From contig NC_068998.1 in NCBI RefSeq assembly GCF_001194135.2, forward strand, positions 26,266,962 to 26,301,255: a stretch of 34,294 bases of DNA. Direction: 5' to 3'. Each line of letters starts with the position of its first letter. Within the stretch, counting starts at the first letter, position 1. Under the pieces are notes generated by a model that saw only the letters and a list, made by a program, of their open reading frames with translations, did not search any database and was not told where the DNA came from. This document shows, in pieces, positions 12,582 to 23,030 of the stretch. The position numbers were made by a program, and so were the translations under genes. Source of the stretch: Octopus bimaculoides (Eukaryota).

Positions 12582-12989
12582 ATGCACAGGCACACTTCAA
12601 TTGATACCTGATTCCATTGAATAAAAGCAAATATAGACCTCTTTGTTAAGGCCGTTAGTGAAACAGTTATTTACAGACATATACACGCATTCACACAGAA
12701 GAATACATATGCAGGTGCATACTTCCACAGATAAGCATATTTGCGCTCAAGTATCAATTTATACATAAGATACGACCTTGCTAATGTTTAGTATATTCAG
12801 TTGAAAGGGTCTTATTTCTCGACTAGAAACAGGCACTTTCCTTATTGGTGGGAAATTTAGATTGCAGTAGCTTCAAAACTTACACATGTACACTCACACA
12901 CAAAAACACACAACCACATGCAACACTGAGACACAAACGCACGCACGTACACACACACACGTGCGCGTGCGACTAGAGGGAAGAATCGC

Positions 12990-13255
12990 GGGAAAGAATC
13001 AAATTGAAGATTATTTAACCCAAGCCAATCGGTAGGAGATCAAGGGAGAACAAGAACGAAATGGTTGGATAATATCCATAGTTAGGGGATAAATAACAAA
13101 AGTACAATGGCGACAGGTATCGTAATATCGTAATATAGTCACACTTGAGAATCCAGCGGGAAAGTCTAATGATAGTTGCTTCTGATACCCTACGGGAGTA
13201 GGGCCAGAAGACTCACCCTACATAATCGTCTCACTAATAATAGAAGAAGATGGAA
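12990..13255 (+). mobile_element. Decayed LINE 3' end, RTE-like
   Basis: QGRTRTKWLDNI resembles the RGRPRxxWxD C-terminal motif. Followed by a stem-loop (13179-13210) and a TAATAATAGAAGAAGA tail. Confidence 0.5.
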
Positions 13256-13261
13256 GGATCA

Positions 13262-13650
13262 ATATATATATGAACTTATATAAAAGTTAGATATGTTTCG
13301 ACAAAAGATTGGTCCAGGCAATGTCTAACTTAATAGCACAACCTGATAGGATTATCTAAACCATGTTTAAGTCAAGTTTTGTTTATGGTCCATTCAACTA
13401 GTGAGTTCTTGTTGAGTGAGTTGTATCCAGGTATGGGTGGCTTATCCGGTATTCCTTGAAGAAATGTGTCTAGACTCCGTTTAAAGCTGATAGGATCCTT
13501 TTCCTCTTTTATCTGTTTTAGGACAATGTTAAACAGGGCAGGAAAAGTTGAGGTACAGAAACTATGCCACAGTGTACCTATATGTTGTGATCCTCAATTG
13601 GTCAGGTGTGGCAATGCTGGCGGTATACTCTCCACATCGTACAGATGATA
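13262..13650 (-). mobile_element. CR1/L2-group LINE 3' end, copy 2 (inverted relative to copy 1)
   Basis: Reverse complement reads GSQHIGTLWHSF...PALFN...FKRSLDTFLQGIPDKPPIPGYNSLNKNSLVEWTINKT*; roughly 80% identical by eye to 11175-11517. Confidence 0.8.
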
Positions 13651-14382
13651 TANNNNNNNNNNNNNNNNNNNNNNNNNNNNNNNNNNNNNNNNNNNNNNNN
13701 NNNNNNNNNNNNNNNNNNNNNNNNNNNNNNNNNNNNNNNNNNNNNNNNNNNNNNNNNNNNNNNNNNNNNNNNNNNNNNNNNNNNNNNNNNNNNNNNNNNN
13801 NNNNNNNNNNNNNNNNNNNNNNNNNNNNNNNNNNNNNNNNNNNNNNNNNNNNNNNNNNNNNNNNNNNNNNNNNNNNNNNNNNNNNNNNNNNNNNNNNNNN
13901 NNNNNNNNNNNNNNNNNNNNNNNNNNNNNNNNNNNNNNNNNNNNNNNNNNNNNNNNNNNNNNNNNNNNNNNNNNNNNNNNNNNNNNNNNNNNNNNNNNNN
14001 NNNNNNNNNNNNNNNNNNNNNNNNNNNNNNNNNNNNNNNNNNNNNNNNNNNNNNNNNNNNNNNNNNNNNNNNNNNNNNNNNNNNNNNNNNNNNNNNNNNN
14101 NNNNNNNNNNNNNNNNNNNNNNNNNNNNNNNNNNNNNNNNNNNNNNNNNNNNNNNNNNNNNNNNNNNNNNNNNNNNNNNNNNNNNNNNNNNNNNNNNNNN
14201 NNNNNNNNNNNNNNNNNNNNNNNNNNNNNNNNNNNNNNNNNNNNNNNNNNNNNNNNNNNNNNNNNNNNNNNNNNNNNNNNNNNNNNNNNNNNNNNNNNNN
14301 NNNNATATATATATATATATGTATGTATGTATGTATATACAAACATATGTGTGTGTGGTGGGGTGTATAAATATGTTTCAAG

Positions 14383-14494
14383 TTACATATCAAACTCATT
14401 CCTGGCAGCTGCTACGTAAATATTGATGAATTGTAGGCAACTACAAGTCATTAATATTCACGTACCACCTTCCAGGAATGTGTTTGATATGTAA
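14383..14494. repeat. 112-nt imperfect palindrome / long hairpin with GCAA loop
   Basis: Outer stem 14383-14405/14472-14494 matches 22 of 23; inner stem 14413-14436/14441-14464 pairs 22 of 24 including one G-T; loop 14437-14440. Confidence 0.92.
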
Positions 14495-14572
14495 ATTAGT
14501 ATATCCAATAACGTTATACCGCTGTAGTTAATGGCTATTTAAGCAATGTGTTCGTAAATGTTTAATGGCTTA

Positions 14573-14626
14573 GATGGGTGCTGATGAAGGAGCAAAAACT
14601 TCTGAAGTATGGCATATACGCCCATT
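14573..14626 (+). ncRNA. Type I hammerhead ribozyme motif (one core substitution, A15.1 to G)
   Basis: Stem I GATGGGTG/CGCCCATT; core CTGATGA; stem II AGGAG-CAAAAA-CTTCT; GAAG in place of GAAA; stem III TATG-G-CATA; predicted cleavage after AUA (14618). Confidence 0.75.
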
Positions 14627-14667
14627 ACACATTTTTTAAATCCTCGATCTCATTGTTCGTTTATACA

Positions 14668-14699
<32 letters not shown>

Positions 14700-14700
<1 letters not shown>

Positions 14701-14740
14701 TAGCAGAGATACCCGGCGTTGCTCGGGATTAAAATGGCAT
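14700..14740 (+). mobile_element. Helitron/Helentron-like non-autonomous element 5' terminus
   Basis: CTAGCAGAGATACCCGGCGTTGCTCGGGA directly after (TA)n, with the subterminal palindrome CCCG...CGGG. No 3' end seen. Confidence 0.45.
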
Positions 14741-14760
14741 AGTTTTTTATTGTTTAAATT

Positions 14761-14957
14761 GTTTCGGTCATGTAGCTACAGTACAGACATGCTAGAGCAA
14801 CCCCTTTAGTCGTTTAATCGTAGAAATCGCCCCTATGACGTATTCTTTGTAAGCCTAATACTCATTCTATCGGAGTTCTTTGCCAAACGGCTAAGTTACG
14901 GGGTCGTAAACACAGCAACATCGATTGTCAAGCGATGCTGGGGGTACAAACTCTGAC
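14761..14957 (-). mobile_element. SINE family A, 3' body
   Basis: Aligns to 5565-5750 (TTTGCCAAAC.GCTAAGTTACG...GTAAACA...GTCAAGC); adjoining CA/TA microsatellite up to 15070. Confidence 0.7.
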
Positions 14958-15037
14958 ACACACACATACATATATACACATATATATATATATACACACC
15001 TATACATTCATACATTTGTATATATATACATACACAC

Positions 15038-15069
<32 letters not shown>

Positions 15070-15262
15070 ATTTTTTTAAAGTGTACAAATAACCCGAAAA
15101 AAAAAATAAAATAGTACCAGCTTAGCAATAATTCTCATAAGTATCAAAGGTATTACATCCTACTTATAAAGGTAGAAATTCCAGGGTTTAGTGAAATGTT
15201 TTTTATTTCATAGATAAATTAAGAAATGGAGTTAAACGCAGGTGTTATTCAAATCTTTATAC

Positions 15263-15309
15263 TTCCGACATATGTTTCGAAGAAAACATTGGTATTATTC
15301 TTGAGGGAA
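15263..15309 (-). ncRNA. Degenerate Penelope-type minimal hammerhead
   Basis: Minus strand TTCC-CTCAAGA-...-GAAA-CATATG-TC-GGAA: perfect palindromic stem III, GUC site and 4-bp stem I, but a G5 to C change and a poor stem II. Confidence 0.5.
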
Positions 15310-15656
15310 TAAAATGATGTAAAACAAAGTAATTATCTCGTCCGGGAAAAAAGAGAGACAAAACACATCAATAAGCCATTGTGACCGAAAGTGATTACCG
15401 CGTATATGATGCAGGGAAACGTTGGCAAGTTATTTTTTTTTAAAATCCGTTGATAGATTTTATAAATCTCAACCTCTCCGGTGAGTTTCTACAAAGTTTC
15501 AGTCGCAATGCGTGAGTCGACTTGAAATCATCGTAAAAGACACTTTCTTTATCTTATACGTTGTTGGACTGATCGTTCGACTTTTTGAATGGGAAACAAA
15601 TATATTTACCAGGCAGTCATACTCCATCTATATTCTGTAGTACAGTCTATCGTACA

Positions 15657-15703
<47 letters not shown>

Positions 15704-16269
15704 GCTCGTAAAAACAAAGATACGTATACACGTTCACACACATCACCACATACTCACACAAACACACAAACACACACACATACATATAAATTTGCCGGTC
15801 ATTCTACGCTAAAGTGTCTAATCAAATATTTAGGAAATTATAGCCCTCAGAGTTAGTGCCTACGCCCGCGCATGTGTGTGTTTGTGTGTATGTCTGTGTG
15901 TTGTGTGTGTGTGTGTGTGTGTGTGTGTACGTGAAAATTTGTGCCAGTTCATACTTAAATAAGCAGTTACATACATTGTATATGTGTGTGTGAGTGTGTG
16001 TTATGTGTGTGAATTATATGTATGTATGCGTGTGCATATGTGTGCATGTATTTATGTGTACATATAATATAGGATGGTATGATTGAATATCTGTGTTAGT
16101 CACGACATTTTCAGTTAAAACCAGTGCTGTACCAGAAATACCATTCAATAAATAGAGATCGATAATTTAACAAATTTTAGAAATACCTGGGATCGATATA
16201 ATCGACCAAAATCCTTGAAGTGTGTGCACCATCTTGTTCTCAGTCTAATTGGAGAAAACTATTACAATT

Positions 16270-16725
16270 TATATAATTATCACTGTTGGAGCCAACAGCA
16301 AGAAATTTCCACAAAAGGCTTAACTTTTCACCTAATAACAAGAGTAATAGTTTGTTTCAAACCGAAAACTGAAGACAGTAGCTACATCGTTGAGAAATTC
16401 TGAAAGAATGTCCTCAAGGCATTGACTCCCCATGAAGCCAAAGTTTTCCGCCCAAAACTACATGGTGTAATTCTGAAAGAACCGAGAATCTTTTATTGTT
16501 GCAATATTTTATAGAATGGAAAATGCGAATATATTGTTATGCGGTAAGCTACAGGCATAAAACGGACAACAGCACAATACTTATTGCAGACAATAGCTGA
16601 AGAGTATTACCTCCAGAAAAATATCAAATGTTAAGTGCACCATATTGGAGTGAACTGAAATAGGGAGTCAGAAAGTATTATTGGTTCGCCAAAAGATGTA
16701 ATGATAAAAGGACAGAAACCGCTGT
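16270..16725 (+). mobile_element. Highly degraded R4-like RLE fragment (older or more distant copy)
   Basis: Frameshifted remnants QQQEISTK, TEDSSYIV, ERMSSRH*LPM and KCTILE parallel the order EISTK...[22 protein letters not shown]...LCTVVE expected for this family. Confidence 0.55.
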
Positions 16726-16811
16726 AATAAAATTTAATTTAACCAAGACCTGTGACTGGTACTGTTGGTGGTGATTCTGAAGTTGTTATAGTTGGTTCAT
16801 ATGCATGTGTA

Positions 16812-16858
<47 letters not shown>

Positions 16859-17296
16859 NNNNNNNNNNNNNNNNNNNNNNNNNNNNNNNNNNNNNNNNNN
16901 NNNNNNNNNNNNNNNNNNNNNNNNNNNNNNNNNNNNNNNNNNNNNNNNNNNNNNNNNNNNNNNNNNNNNNNNNNNNNNNNNNNNNNNNNNNNNNNNNNNN
17001 NNNNNNNNNNNNNNNNNNNNNNNNNNNNNNNNNNNNNNNNNNNNNNNNNNNNNNNNNNNNNNNNNNNNNNNGAGAGAGGGGGAAAGAGGGTGAGAGAGAG
17101 GGGGAAAGAGGGTGAGAGAGAGTGTGTGAAGGATTCCCCTTTTTCTATCGCCCTTCGAACATTTCATTTACTCCCGTTTATGATTTTTTAGATTTTTGTT
17201 CCTTTTAGATATTTTGTAACGGACAATACAAAAACATCTCAGGTATTCTCTTGTTTCTCTACTTTTATTTTCTTTCCAAATTCTAACTACACTCTG

Positions 17297-17304
17297 TCTC
17301 TCCA

Positions 17305-17360
<56 letters not shown>

Positions 17361-17487
17361 CGGTCTCAATCTTTTTCACTATATCGTCTTTTCTCAATAT
17401 GTAGGCCTCTATCACTTTTACTCTCTATTTTCTCTTTATCCTTCTCCCTAGTGCTCCTCCTCCTCATATCTCTGTCTGTCTCTCTCT

Positions 17488-17524
<37 letters not shown>

Positions 17525-17679
17525 CTATTTCCCCTTCTCTCCCCTTCTCTTTTTCCTAATTTATTTACTCATGGTCAACTTTCAACATGTTACCTCCATT
17601 TCTCTATGTCGTCTGTCCTACTTCTTGCTTCTCTTTTTCTCTACCTCACCTCACCCCCACTTCCTTCCTTCCCTTCATT

Positions 17680-17710
<31 letters not shown>

Positions 17711-17755
17711 ACATCACCACCACCACTACCATCACCACCACCACCATCATCATCT
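17297..17755. repeat. Compound (CT)n, (CAT)n and (CAC)n microsatellite cluster
   Basis: Direct reading; source of the spurious poly-His/Ser ORFs. Confidence 0.95.
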
Positions 17756-18903
17756 CTCCTCTCCCATTTCTTGTCAACATTATTTACACTAACATTATAT
17801 TATATTTAAGACTCATTTCCTCGTTATCTGTGGAAACAGCCACCAATGTGCTTGTAATTAAGACCCACAGAGCAACAAGTTTTCGTCTATGTAGATAAAC
17901 AACAGGCAGCCACCTTCTAGTCACCCACTGTGGTCTTATGCTAATGTATCTTCAGGTGTGTGTGCGTGCGTGTCCAATGGTTGCGTCTGTGTTTATACGT
18001 GTTTCTTGGAATGACTTTGTTAATGTGGATGTTTGCTCATGTGAGTCTGCGTGTGGTACAAGTATATATCTACCATTAATGTGTGTATGAATGTAAGTCT
18101 CTGTGTACGTATTAATGTGTATGTGCGTTTGTGAGTTGTAAAAGTATAAGTTTACTTAAATATGTAGCGGGGTATGTATTCATGTTAATATGTGTGTGTA
18201 TGTGTGTATGTGCGTGTGTTTGTAGGGAGAGAGGCTTCGTTGGGTGTGTGTGTGGCGTGAATTTAACCGCAGCAACTAATAAGACAGAATCCAACAAACA
18301 TGAGACAAATCTTTTAATAACACCGAACACATCATAATATGGGAATTATAAAATTGTCTTACTGTATGTGCATGTTAATATGTGTGTGAGTGCGTGCGTG
18401 TATAGAGAGGGAGATGAGTTGATCGTTAAACATATCAACGTGTATCTATATGTATATATATATNNNNNNNNNNNNNNNNNNNNNNNNNNNNNNNNNNNNN
18501 NNNNNNNNNNNNNNNNNNNNNNNNNNNNNNNNNNNNNNNNNNNNNNNNNNNNNNNNNNNNNNNNNNNNNNNNNNNNNNNNNNNNNNNNNNNNNNNNNNNN
18601 NNNNNNNNNNNNNNNNNNNNNNNNNNNNNNNNNNNNNNNNNNNNNNNNNNNNNNNNNNNNNNNNNNNNNNNNNNNNNNNNNNNNNNNNNNNNNNNNNNNN
18701 NNNNNNNNNNNNNNNNNNNNNNNNNNNNNNNNNNNNNNNNNNNTGAGTGTGTGAATATATGTGTGTGTGTGTGTGTGTGTGTGATTGTACTGTTGTGTGT
18801 GTGAACACATGCGTGTGCATATTGAATAGAACTAGTGAATAAATATTTACACAATTTGTTTCACACGTGTCTGATAATGTTTTTGAGAGGCAAAGATTTT
18901 CGT

Positions 18904-18934
<31 letters not shown>

Positions 18935-19412
18935 TTGTCTTCAAATAAAACAGATTCTGGCTTTGGTTATGACTGAATCTAATAATCTTCGCTACTCGAA
19001 GTATTGTTAAATAATAAAATAACACTATAAATTTACAATATATAGGAGCATACAAGCAAAGTAACAAAAAAAATAAATAAATAAATAATAAATAACGTTG
19101 ATATAAAAATGAATGAAACGAAGCAACACTGGAATCAATCAATATTCTCCAAGACATCATCGCTAAGACTTGCAGTCATTTCGAAATAACGCCGGGGGCT
19201 TATTGCAAACACGATGATACTCTTATGTTCGGTTTTTTTTTGGTTTTTTTTTCCTCCTTGCAAATATTACTTCTGCGTCATTAGATCCTGGCTCCATCTT
19301 ATCATCGTCTCCCAACATTTCTTCCATCTTCATAAGAATCTTCTTGTATTCTTTTTTTCTTATTTCTTTATCTGTATAATTTATAGATTTTTCATTTATT
19401 TATTTATTGATA

Positions 19413-19414
<2 letters not shown>

Positions 19415-19460
<46 letters not shown>

Positions 19461-19535
19461 NNNNNNNNNNATTATTATTATTATTATTATTATTATCATC
19501 ATTATTGTTGTTGTTGTTGTTGTTACTGTTGTTCT
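19415..19535. repeat. (ATT)n grading into (GTT)n
   Basis: Direct reading; other (ATT)n/(ATC)n arrays at 22296-22388, 25449-25521, 25714-25790 and 26013-26090. Confidence 0.95.
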
Positions 19536-19771
19536 TATTATTTTCTGTTAACACAAACTGATTTATCTCTTTTTTATTCGCTGAAGGAGAGGGGAGTTCC
19601 AATTAGCAGTTGTGCGTGGGTGTCAATGTAATACATGTATATGTATATGGGTATGTGTTTATGTTTGTATATACGTATATATACGTGTGCTTCTGTGTAC
19701 GTTTACATGTAAAGCCAATCTATGAAGGTATGTGTGTATGTAAACTTTAATGTGTGTACACACACACACAC

Positions 19772-19810
<39 letters not shown>

Positions 19811-20317
19811 GGTGTGTGTGTGTGTGAGAGAGAGAGAGTAATGCACTCAATTCCACTCCAAATTGTTCTCATGTATAAACACACATGTGCACACACATAC
19901 ATTCAATGCCACACGTATCCATGTATGTGTGCACTTATGAACGAAAGAAGGGATGACACGTATTTGCACGTGTTATCCCTTCTCGTCACTTTCACCTTCC
20001 CTTCATCTTGCCCTCTTTCTCTCTCTCATACATACACAACATATACACACAGAACACGCTCGTAGAAAGAAACGTGTATCTACATGCATGCGTTCACAAT
20101 ACATAATTACTAATACCTAAAAGAAAAAAACAGGTGAAAACGCACATGCATATACATGCACACATGTACATATGCACTCACAATTGCACAGTTGCATACG
20201 CACAAGTTCTAACACACAATCGGACGTACGCACTTACAGCGAAATGCTCATTTACATATGTCTCTCAACAAACTCATATGTACACACATTTTCCGTACAT
20301 GTATGCGCAGAAATTAA

Positions 20318-20452
20318 GGGAGCAAAATGATTCAGTCGCTAGGGCAATCGTTCTTGCTCTCTGTGCTCTGAGTTCAAATACCTTTCACGACAGCTTTGAT
20401 TTTTATCTTCACGCTATTAACAAGTAAAATATCAGGTCCATACTGGAGTCAA
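20318..20452 (+). mobile_element. Degraded SINE family B copy
   Basis: CTCTGAGTTCAAATACC...CTTTGATTTTTATCTT...ACTGGAGTCAAC weakly matches family B. Confidence 0.4.
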
Positions 20453-20724
20453 CACCTCTCCTCCGCTTTATTCCTGTATGCTTGTTTGTATGTTTCTCTC
20501 TTTTTCTATCTCTTTCCCTCTCGCTCTTTCTCTCTCCTCATATCTCCCTCTTTCTGGAAGAGAGCATCTGTGTTCTGACCTGGAATGGAACAGACTTCAC
20601 CAAGTGTGCAAATACCAAAGACATGTTGAAAACGAACAAAATTTGGTATCGGGACATGCCTTCCCCTGACAACATCAGGACCTGATGGCCCAAATCAAGA
20701 CTCACAGTAGGTATGTATATGCAC

Positions 20725-21832
20725 TAGCGCGGGTTGAAAAGATCGAAGGCAGACTATGAAGGAGTGAGACTATAGCTGTGAAATCTTGCATGCATTAATC
20801 TTAACACCTGTTAATAGCTGCATTGCTTCTGTTTTTCGAAGTAAACTGATATCTGACTTCAAAGATTTCAGAAGTAACTAGTAACGACTTATGTTGAAAA
20901 CGAACAAAATTTGGTATCGGGATATTATCAAGTACTGGCAGAGAAAGGATTTAGCCCCACCCCAAGGATTTTCATCCTGACATGGTTGCTACAATAGAGG
21001 ACGTCGATCTCATTTCAGCAACTGAATTTGGGAGGAGGAAGGGAAAGTCTTGAAGATAACCCAAAGTCTGAACGTTCTGCAACTACCAACACCGAGGAAA
21101 ACATTGATCGTCTTTCTCACATGGTGATGGATGACAGGTGAGTGACTATAAATCAAATAGTCAATACTGTTAGCATAAACCCTGAGAGAGTTGAGAATAT
21201 TTTGTTCGATGAACTTGGCATGACGAAAGTTTCTGCTCTGTGTCTGTCACATCTTCTGACAACCTGATCAAAAGCGCACCATGCTAATCACATCACAGGA
21301 AAATCTGACATTGTTTGAGACAGGTCCAACTGGTTTCCTTGAACGTTTCCTAGCCCAAGATGAGTGTTGGGAATTGTGTTTATTGATTATTTTCAAAAGA
21401 GCTACGTCATCAATAGGGAGCACTATAAATTTTTGAGGCAATTACGAAAATCTGTCAAGACAAAACGGTAAGGAAAATTGATGAAAGAGGTCTTGTTCAT
21501 CAGGATAATGCTCCAACACATAACTCCTTGGTTTCAATGGCTTCAGTGTGTGAGTGTAACTTTGAACTGGTTCATCACACTTCCCTTTCTCCTGATTTGG
21601 CCCCATCTGAAGAACATGTGTTCCCCAACATGAAAAAGCACTTGGCTGGGGAACAGTATTGTATTGATGATGACTTTTCTTGACTAACAGGATGGAAGCT
21701 TCTTCACCAATAGGAACACTGGTGGAAGAAGTGTATGGATGCAAGGGGGACTATGGTGTAAAATAAAGCTCATTTGGTGGTATTCCATGAAAGTATCTTG
21801 ATCAGTATATGGACTTTTCAGCCGACCTTATA
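20725..21832 (+). mobile_element. Mariner-like DNA transposon (Himar1/irritans-like transposase pseudogene) with decayed TIRs
   Basis: NKIWYRDIIKY, EENIDR, ELGMTKVSA, QDECW fused to GIVFIDY (internal deletion), HQDNAP, SPDLAPSE, FPNMKKHLAG. The left end GGTTGAAAAGATC and right end GGACTTTTCAGCCGACC are imperfect inverted repeats with TA flanks. Confidence 0.88.
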
Positions 21833-22184
21833 TTTAGTAACTGACACTAATTATGTACGCGACTGGGTAACTGTGTTGATAGTGAGATATGGAGAGATTT
21901 TGAGAAGGGTGAGCCACATTGATTAAGTGAGCTTATAACGAGACACTAAATGCTTCATGAGTGCTCGTAAAGGTATTGTAAAAGCGTGTGTATAGGAAAA
22001 TATTGTACTAGTATGTCTATATGCATTGACATTGTGTAACTGTGCAGAAAGAGAAAAATATTGTAGGAGTGTTTGTATAAGAAAGAAATATATAAGCATT
22101 GCACAACAAAAACGCACCACGTAACAGTACAACCACAAAGGACGACGCCGGTCGGCAGACTGATGCATGAGGGTTGAGGGTCAC

Positions 22185-22298
22185 CTGTCACCCTTTCGGG
22201 GTCGATAAATTAAGTGCCAGTGAAACACTGGAGTCGATGTAATCGATTTACCTACTGTCTTTAAATTTCGGCCCTTGTGCCTTTACTAGAAAGGATTA
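22185..22298 (+). mobile_element. SINE family B, 3' half
   Basis: CACCCTTTCGGGGTCGATAAATTAAGTGCCAG...GTCGATGTAATCGAT..., followed directly by (ATT)n. Confidence 0.8.
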
Positions 22299-22324
22299 TT
22301 ATTACTATTATTATTATTATTAAA

Positions 22325-22374
<50 letters not shown>

Positions 22375-22731
22375 CATTATTATTATTGTCAGGCGTGTTT
22401 TGGAGCGTTGTAAGTTTATAACCAATTCACTTGTTTTAAAAGGTCCTATACTGTATTTTGCTGTTTAAATCGTGTTGCAATCCAGCTGCCCTTCGGTGAA
22501 TGTGGGGTGACGTAAGTTACATCATCAACAACAGCATGAAATCACAAAACACAGAAACAATTAATTACGGAACATCAAAAACAAGAATATTCATCAGACT
22601 GTAGACGAAATGTATCCATCAATCTCACTGTTGTGAACAGGTGCAAGAGTGAATTGATGGATTTTGTAAGTGGAAACTAACTCAAAACAGAGGAGGATTT
22701 CATCCTCAAAATGCCCAAGGAATGAATTATA

Positions 22732-22868
22732 AAATTATAAAGCTATAATTATAGAATTTCAGAATTATAAAACTATAATTAGAGAATTACAGAATTATAA
22801 AACTATAATTAGAGAATTACAGAATTATAAAACTATAATTATAGTATTATAGAATTATAAAACTATAA
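22732..22868. repeat. 30-bp minisatellite, about 4.5 units
   Basis: Unit GAATTATAAAACTATAATTAGAGAATTACA at 22762 and 22792, with variants at 22732, 22822 and 22852. Confidence 0.9.
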
Positions 22869-23030
22869 AAGAAAACTTCCCATGTAGTGTGAGGATTTTA
22901 AAAAATCAGTTGATAAGAAGTTATTGAGAGGATCTTTTTAAAACAAATTTCACCATTAGAGAAGCCTGGAAGATCCGAGCTTCTCGAAAATCAAGGTGAG
23001 TAACCTCCTCTTTTTCTTTCTCCGCATAAC

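Noticed and set aside
17451-17898. Poly-His, poly-Ser and poly-Ile ORFs (also YIHT/MYVC, HT and YI repeats elsewhere)
   Set aside because: Translations of microsatellites in several frames, with no splice or domain support.
22732-22868. CRISPR-like array
   Set aside because: Head-to-tail units without unique spacers in eukaryotic DNA; an ordinary minisatellite.
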